Shown piece by piece: positions 7,290 to 12,387 of a stretch of DNA of 12,387 nt. The translations under genes were made by a program, and so were the position numbers. Position 1 is the stretch's first letter, and each line of letters opens with the position of its first letter. This DNA comes from Thermotogota bacterium (lineage in GTDB: Bacteria; Thermotogota; Thermotogae; Petrotogales; Kosmotogaceae), in contig JAYEJL010000090.1 in assembly GCA_034660555.1 (NCBI GenBank), positions 1 to 12,387 on the forward strand, written 5' to 3'. The notes below the pieces were generated by a model, which saw nothing but the letters and a program-made list of their open reading frames with translations, was not told where the DNA came from and made no database searches.

Positions 7290-7967
7290 ATGTCTAAAAC
7301 ACATATAGGAGAGGATTTGTATGTAGGAACCCCCGACTCGCCGGTGCAGATTGCTGATTCAAGCGGCAATTTATTTCAAACTGGCACTCAGGTAACAGCA
7401 ACAGCAACAGAATTAAACCTTATAGACGGGGTTACATCAACAACTGATGAACTGAACCAAGCTACTGACAATTCTGTTCAAGCTGCCAAGGTTACCCCTT
7501 CGAGCGTAATAACTGCGTCTGCTGAGTCAATTCAAACCTCGGTTATCCGTACGGGCGATATTATCAAAACAACGATGGTTATTGATTTGACGGGCTTAAT
7601 GTCAGTAGGAGTCGGCGGTGATATCATTGGCAAGGCCGGCATTTGTTATATCGGTAGAGTTACCACTGCCATTAATGGAGTTATTTTTGCCGGACAGGTA
7701 GGTTGCAAAATAGTTCCTACCACAGGTGATCCTGATATTGACCTATATTCAGCTACAGAAGCAACCGGCGCATACGATGGTGCTATTAGCGATCTTACTG
7801 AAACAGCCTTAATGACAGCCGGTGCCTCGCACGCCATTGGTACGGTTAAGCCGTTCACTGCGCTTCCTGCTGCTAATGGGTATTTATACTTAACGACCGG
7901 CGGCACTACTGCCGGCACTTATGACGCTGGTACAATTATCATCGAAATGTGGGGAACTGCAAGCTAA
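7290..7967 (+). CDS. Putative capsid decoration/virion structural protein (225 aa; start reassigned from 7254 to ATG7290)
   Basis: AAAGGAG precedes ATG7290, whereas GTG7254 lies inside the hairpin. It has a VT.T..ELN repeat near the N-terminus and a beta-rich C-terminal domain (IDLTGL, DIDLY, YLYL, GTYDAG.IIIEMWG). Confidence 0.7.
   Translation: MSKTHIGEDLYVGTPDSPVQIADSSGNLFQTGTQVTATATELNLIDGVTSTTDELNQATDNSVQAAKVTPSSVITASAESIQTSVIRTGDIIKTTMVIDLTGLMSVGVGGDIIGKAGICYIGRVTTAINGVIFAGQVGCKIVPTTGDPDIDLYSATEATGAYDGAISDLTETALMTAGASHAIGTVKPFTALPAANGYLYLTTGGTTAGTYDAGTIIIEMWGTAS
7392..7457 (+). repeat. Two-copy 13-aa-period peptide repeat VTATATELN(LIDG) / VTSTTDELN
   Basis: Seen directly in the translation. 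This motif is typical of fibrous stalks in phage structural proteins. Confidence 0.7.
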
Positions 7968-7979
7968 GGGTTAGAATGT

Positions 7980-8414
7980 ATGAGAGGCGTTAAAGTATCA
8001 CACAAAGACGATGACTACCTTGCCACAGGCTCCCATGTTGGGGCTGATGGTGGGTTAATCCTTCGCAATGACGGAGCTGATTTTAAGTCATGCGGAGTTA
8101 CCGTGGGGGTAGCGATTTACAATGACACAGACGGGTCTAACGGTCTTGTAACGGCAGTGACAGAAAACACCGTAACCTGTACTCTTTCGGATGGAACCAA
8201 CAACACATGGACGAAAGATGATACGTATTATATTTATAAAACCTCTGCAAAAGATACTGCCATTTCAAATATTTATACCGACAGGCGGTTTGGCAGGAAA
8301 GTTGTAAGGGGTGATATATTAACAAGAAAAGGTTTTTTCCCTGAAGATGCCGATCTGGATAGCAAGGATGAGCATGTGTTTGGTCCTGGGCAACCTTACT
8401 CTAATCATGATTAG
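7980..8414 (+). CDS. Virion-associated protein (144 aa) with a Thr/Gly-rich beta domain
   Basis: It sits in the operon between the decoration and adaptor genes. Its domain GADF...V.VG..IYNDTDGS.G.VTAV....L..GT.N....DTY.I is also seen in the next gene. Confidence 0.7.
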   Translation: MRGVKVSHKDDDYLATGSHVGADGGLILRNDGADFKSCGVTVGVAIYNDTDGSNGLVTAVTENTVTCTLSDGTNNTWTKDDTYYIYKTSAKDTAISNIYTDRRFGRKVVRGDILTRKGFFPEDADLDSKDEHVFGPGQPYSNHD

Positions 8415-8422
8415 GAGGCAGG

Positions 8423-9328
8423 ATGGATGGAAAAGATTTAAAGCGGCGTGTAAGACAATTTTTAAACGAGCCCTCGACAAGTTCCTTTCTTGACGCAAGA
8501 ACTACATACGATTTCCTTTATGAAGCGGCTAAAGCATGGGTGATAGCTTCAAAGTGCCTTCGTAAAACTCAAACAATCACTACAGTAGCAGACCAAAGGG
8601 CTTATACCTTAGACGGTGATTTTCTTGGTCATTATTTACGTGATGATGACAGAGATTTCTTTATTAAATATAATGATGGTTCTAATGACTATTTCTTAGA
8701 CTTCAAGACTTATCAAGAAATTATCCACGATAACAACACGGACTCTCAAAGCATACCTGATTATTGGGGTATAACCACAGACCCTACTTTAGACGACCAG
8801 ATTACAGGCACAGCGAGTGCTGACGGTGATGCTACAGGAGGCAAGGCAAGGCTTACAGTTGCAAGCGCTAAATTTGCTGATGTAACTGCTGGGGACGTGG
8901 TGCATAACACTACAGACGCTTCAGACGGTATAATAGCTAAGGTTGTTTCTACCGTAGCCCTGGATGTTTGTCTCTTTGGCGGTACAGATAATGAAATAGA
9001 TGCCTCAGATACCTTTATAATCCAACCACGGGGCAGACTTCAATTAGTTTTCGACCCTCCACCCTCAACAACGAGCCATACGGTAACTGTTTACGCACTT
9101 CAAAGCCCTGCGCCGGTTTACTCTGACTATGATATATATCCCTTTGCGTATGATTATGCAGAGGCTTTGGCTAAGTATGCGGCATGGCTTTATAAATACA
9201 GAGACAAAGAGCCTGATTTTGGGAATGCGTGGTATCAATTTTTTCTTGCTCAAGCTAATTCATACGGAGAGCTTTTTAAGGAAGCGGTTGGCAGAGACAC
9301 TTCAAGAGTAGTGCCGAGGTTTAGATGA
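8423..9328 (+). CDS. Head-tail adaptor (tail tubular protein A-like) with an inserted domain, 301 aa
   Basis: RBS AGGAGG at 8413-8418. It has N-terminal helices LKRRVRQFLNE...FLYEA, then TVADQRAYTL..DF, IPDYW, LVFDPPP and a C-terminal helix YAEALAKYAAW. There is an ATGA overlap with the nozzle gene. Confidence 0.75.
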   Translation: MDGKDLKRRVRQFLNEPSTSSFLDARTTYDFLYEAAKAWVIASKCLRKTQTITTVADQRAYTLDGDFLGHYLRDDDRDFFIKYNDGSNDYFLDFKTYQEIIHDNNTDSQSIPDYWGITTDPTLDDQITGTASADGDATGGKARLTVASAKFADVTAGDVVHNTTDASDGIIAKVVSTVALDVCLFGGTDNEIDASDTFIIQPRGRLQLVFDPPPSTTSHTVTVYALQSPAPVYSDYDIYPFAYDYAEALAKYAAWLYKYRDKEPDFGNAWYQFFLAQANSYGELFKEAVGRDTSRVVPRFR

Positions 9329-11739
9329 AAGATCAAAAACATGGTGTAACTCAAATCTTAAAGCCAGATACAACTCCGTTCAGGGGCGGATGTAATACCG
9401 TTCTTGAGACACAGCAAATCCCTATGGGCGGATATTCTATGATTCAGAATATGCGAGGAACCCATCCAGGATTTAAAAAACGCAAAGGGCAAAGGAAACA
9501 ACACTCAACAGCAGACGGTACAAATAATGTTCTTTCTATGTATCAGTTTGTTAAAAATAGAGTATCAGAAAAACACTTTTTTGCTCAAATGTCAGACAAT
9601 GATGTACTAAAAGCAACCACAGATCCTCCAGGAGTTACAACAGGGGTTTTTGGTTCAGAGAGTTTTTCCGGCTCGGCGAGTTCTAAACCGGCTTCATGGT
9701 CTAATATAAAAGAGACTCTTTTATTTTCTAATGGAGTTGACCAACACCAAATATATCACGGCACACTAACCTACATAGATAGAATTATTCATTATAACGG
9801 TTCTGGTGCTCCTCCCACGGTGCCGACTTTAGGATATGACTATTCAGACCAGGCTACAGACGGGCTTACTTCAACTGTAGTGGTTTTAGACTCTTGGGAC
9901 ACATACGCTAACAATGAGTGTGTGTTTGTCAAAACTCCGGTTCCTGTTAATTCGATTACCTTTACAGTATCTAAAGCTAATGCAAACGCTTCGGTTTTAT
10001 CAGGGTATTACTGGAACGGGTCATGGACACAAGTATCAAGTCTAAGCGATGGCACGATAGATAGTGGAAAAACCTTCGGTCAAACAGGCGCAGTGACATG
10101 GACACTTCCCACAGACGCAATTCCTAATTATATGTATGGAGAATGTGGATACTGGATGCAATTTAGAGTGTCAGCAGTCCTTGATGCAGAGGTTGAGGTT
10201 ACAAAAATTCAATTTGGAAGTTCATGGCAGAGCATAGAGAATGTATGGGATGGACTTCCTGTTTATGTGGTTGAAACTCAATTTTATGATACATCAGCAG
10301 ATATTTATAAAACCTTTGGATACACCTCGATAGAAATAGACTCAATGGCGGGGACAGACTCGACACCGGATAAACTTTATTTCGCTTCATCAGACCCCAT
10401 TTGCGCTATATATGTTGATGTAGGGACTAAACCTAATAGCATTGCGGCAACTACAGTCGATGCGGTTTATCATTGGAACGGTACGGCGTGGACTTCTGTT
10501 GGAACTATCTCAGACGGAACAAACGGCCTTTCTAATTCCGGTTGGATAACATTCCCACGTGTAACATCTCATAAACTGCAATTTAACAAAAACCGATACT
10601 ATGCTTACTGGTATTATTTCACAGTCGATAAAGCATTAAACGATGATGTGATTATTTCACTCTACACGCAGCCTTATTTTGATATTAACGATTTTGGCAA
10701 GGGGTATTGTAATACAGTATGGAAAGACAGAGCTGTTTACGGGTTTGACCGAGATCAATATATCGCAGTGTCGGCAAAAGGCAATCCTCAGGTTTTAAAC
10801 GGTAATGACTACGCTATATTAGAACCTGGTGATGGTCGCTCTAATAAGCCCGTAGCGATGCACTCATTCCATAACGAGATGATGGTGTGGCAAGAGGAAA
10901 AAGGCCAGGAAGGAGGTTGCTTAACGCTGTTTGAAGGGTATTCTCCAGCCACCTTTGGTAAGTTGGTTCTTTCAGCCAAAATAGGCACAATGAGCGCTAA
11001 AACAGTTGCCGTGATTGACGGAGTTTATACTTCCACTAAAACAGACGAAGTTGTGGGTAAAATTGCATTTTCACTTAGCCATTATGGTATATTTATGACC
11101 GATGGCAGGTATGTTACTGGTATTTCAGATGACATCCAAAATTACTTTGACCCGCTTCAGAGTGAGTGCATCAGGCGGGGATATGAAGACCAGATGTGGC
11201 TTGCACATGATACGGCATATAATGTGCTTAGGGTAGGGTTAGTGTCGGGGAGTTCAGCTACGACTTGCAACATTTTCCCTGTTTATGATTTGGCAGATAA
11301 AACCTGGTCGTTTGATTCCTATAAACAAAAGCCTTCTTGTATGACGGAAGTTGAGGCTAATTCAGGGCAAGCTAATACGGTACAACTAATAGGCGGAACT
11401 GGAACAGGCACAGTCTATCAAAGCAATTATGGTGATAACGATGTAAGCACGGCAATTGATGCTTATGCGGATATAGAGTTAAATAGCAATGGCAAAGAGA
11501 TGGAATTAAGAGAGGCTATCCTGACATTAAAAACAGGCACTCATTTAACAATAACTCCCACTGTGGACGGTGTAGATAAAACAGCAATTACAGAAACATC
11601 AGTTTCGGCAGTACGTAATAAATACAGTCTTAACTATAAAGGTATGGATATGAAATTGAAGATAGCTAACGCAACTGCAAGCGAAAGTGTCCATCTTTTC
11701 GGAATTGGGATAAAACTTTACAGCAATGAAGCGAGGTGA
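9325..11739 (+). CDS. Tail nozzle/stabilisation protein (T7 gp12 / P22 gp10-like), 804 aa
   Basis: It has N-terminal FRGGCN...QNMR....FKKRKG, then FSNGVD, propeller-like segments GTMSAKTV, FSLSHYGIFMTDG...ISDDIQNYF and VYDLADKTWS, and a C-terminal beta sandwich. It follows the adaptor. Confidence 0.78.
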   Translation: MKDQKHGVTQILKPDTTPFRGGCNTVLETQQIPMGGYSMIQNMRGTHPGFKKRKGQRKQHSTADGTNNVLSMYQFVKNRVSEKHFFAQMSDNDVLKATTDPPGVTTGVFGSESFSGSASSKPASWSNIKETLLFSNGVDQHQIYHGTLTYIDRIIHYNGSGAPPTVPTLGYDYSDQATDGLTSTVVVLDSWDTYANNECVFVKTPVPVNSITFTVSKANANASVLSGYYWNGSWTQVSSLSDGTIDSGKTFGQTGAVTWTLPTDAIPNYMYGECGYWMQFRVSAVLDAEVEVTKIQFGSSWQSIENVWDGLPVYVVETQFYDTSADIYKTFGYTSIEIDSMAGTDSTPDKLYFASSDPICAIYVDVGTKPNSIAATTVDAVYHWNGTAWTSVGTISDGTNGLSNSGWITFPRVTSHKLQFNKNRYYAYWYYFTVDKALNDDVIISLYTQPYFDINDFGKGYCNTVWKDRAVYGFDRDQYIAVSAKGNPQVLNGNDYAILEPGDGRSNKPVAMHSFHNEMMVWQEEKGQEGGCLTLFEGYSPATFGKLVLSAKIGTMSAKTVAVIDGVYTSTKTDEVVGKIAFSLSHYGIFMTDGRYVTGISDDIQNYFDPLQSECIRRGYEDQMWLAHDTAYNVLRVGLVSGSSATTCNIFPVYDLADKTWSFDSYKQKPSCMTEVEANSGQANTVQLIGGTGTGTVYQSNYGDNDVSTAIDAYADIELNSNGKEMELREAILTLKTGTHLTITPTVDGVDKTAITETSVSAVRNKYSLNYKGMDMKLKIANATASESVHLFGIGIKLYSNEAR

Positions 11740-12387
11740 CCACCATTAAAGAATATGGTCGCAAGCCCTGGTTGTCCCGTTCTTATTACGAGATGATGCA
11801 TAAGACTACAAATGCGTCCATGTGGAATCAAATAAAGCAGAAACACAGCGAGCTCGAGAAGCCTTATCACTTCAAAATGGGTGAATATGGAAAAATGCAA
11901 CACTATTATCCTAATTTACCTGGATTTAGCCCCTGGCTAAGTGATTTAAAATTCGACCATCCTTGGATGAACGAGCAAGTGCCGGATGCTTCTAAAATAG
12001 GGCGCGTTTTTTATGGGTTTACTGGCTGTGGTTTTGAGTTCCCTGGGTTGTTTCCTGCTATTGCACGGTGTGAAACAAAATGTGAATATTTAGATGATTG
12101 GCATATGCACAGAAATTCACCTGGCGGTGCGAAAGTTCCAGATGACCCTATTGTAAAATGGGAGGCAAAAAATGGTGTTATAACAGAATCGGATATTTTT
12201 CATGCTTGTATCAAAGCAGATGAAGATGCCCCTTATGGACAATTCGTAGAATTGATAGCAACAACAGAGTCAGGACTCACGTGCAAAGGCTTTGCGTGGG
12301 TTGAAGGTGATGAATGCGATGAATGTATTCCAGATGTTTCAATGGCCTGGGATTCAGGAACAAGCGCAGAAACAGTAGCAAGAAACA
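11736..12387 (+). CDS. 3'-partial ORF (at least 217 aa), Cys- and aromatic-rich, possibly a tail fibre/appendage; not in the ORF track
   Basis: It has a GTGA overlap with the nozzle stop, and the frame is open to the window end (MTTIKEYGRKPWLSRSYYEMMHK...ECDECIPDVSMAWDSGTSAETVARN). Confidence 0.75.
   Translation, partial: MTTIKEYGRKPWLSRSYYEMMHKTTNASMWNQIKQKHSELEKPYHFKMGEYGKMQHYYPNLPGFSPWLSDLKFDHPWMNEQVPDASKIGRVFYGFTGCGFEFPGLFPAIARCETKCEYLDDWHMHRNSPGGAKVPDDPIVKWEAKNGVITESDIFHACIKADEDAPYGQFVELIATTESGLTCKGFAWVEGDECDECIPDVSMAWDSGTSAETVARN

Noticed and set aside
7180..7290. T7 10A/10B-style frameshift or read-through fusing the capsid to the decoration protein
   Set aside because: The decoration frame has TAG at 7248-7250, and capsid-frame read-through stops at TAA 7285-7287. 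There is no clear slippery site, and the downstream gene has its own RBS.
1218..11903. Minus-strand ORFs in the track and the nested plus-strand ORF 9129-9311
   Set aside because: All overlap well-supported plus-strand genes, lack recognisable motifs and look like antisense or alternate-frame shadows.
1..12387. Stop-codon reassignment, introns/inteins, CRISPR array, tRNA, DGR repeats or IS elements
   Set aside because: Genes are full-length in the standard code and TAA, TAG and TGA all end genes at sensible boundaries. I saw no repeat-spacer array, cloverleaf, long nucleotide repeat, intein motifs or transposase by eye.

Overview
This window is a continuous plus-strand packaging, head and short-tail module of a tailed dsDNA phage with podovirus-like gene order, read in the standard genetic code. 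The first block is the large terminase (5' end outside the window), a Cys-rich small protein, an unlisted 45-aa protein, a GroES co-chaperonin, the portal, an 86-aa protein and a possible 31-aa peptide. A structured intergenic region with an intrinsic terminator follows. The second block is a scaffold, an unknown head-module protein, a putative cement protein and the major capsid protein. After a long hairpin come a putative decoration protein, a 144-aa virion protein, a head-tail adaptor, a tail nozzle and an unlisted Cys-rich ORF running off the 3' end. The main points of interest are a GroES lacking the roof hairpin and translationally coupled to the portal, a shared ~70-aa beta domain found in one small protein and inserted into the adjacent adaptor, a duplicated WNG-W domain inside the nozzle, and a four-hairpin region with an ATG-AAA-TAA minigene upstream of the scaffold. 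All family assignments come from motif recognition and gene order, and no searches were run.
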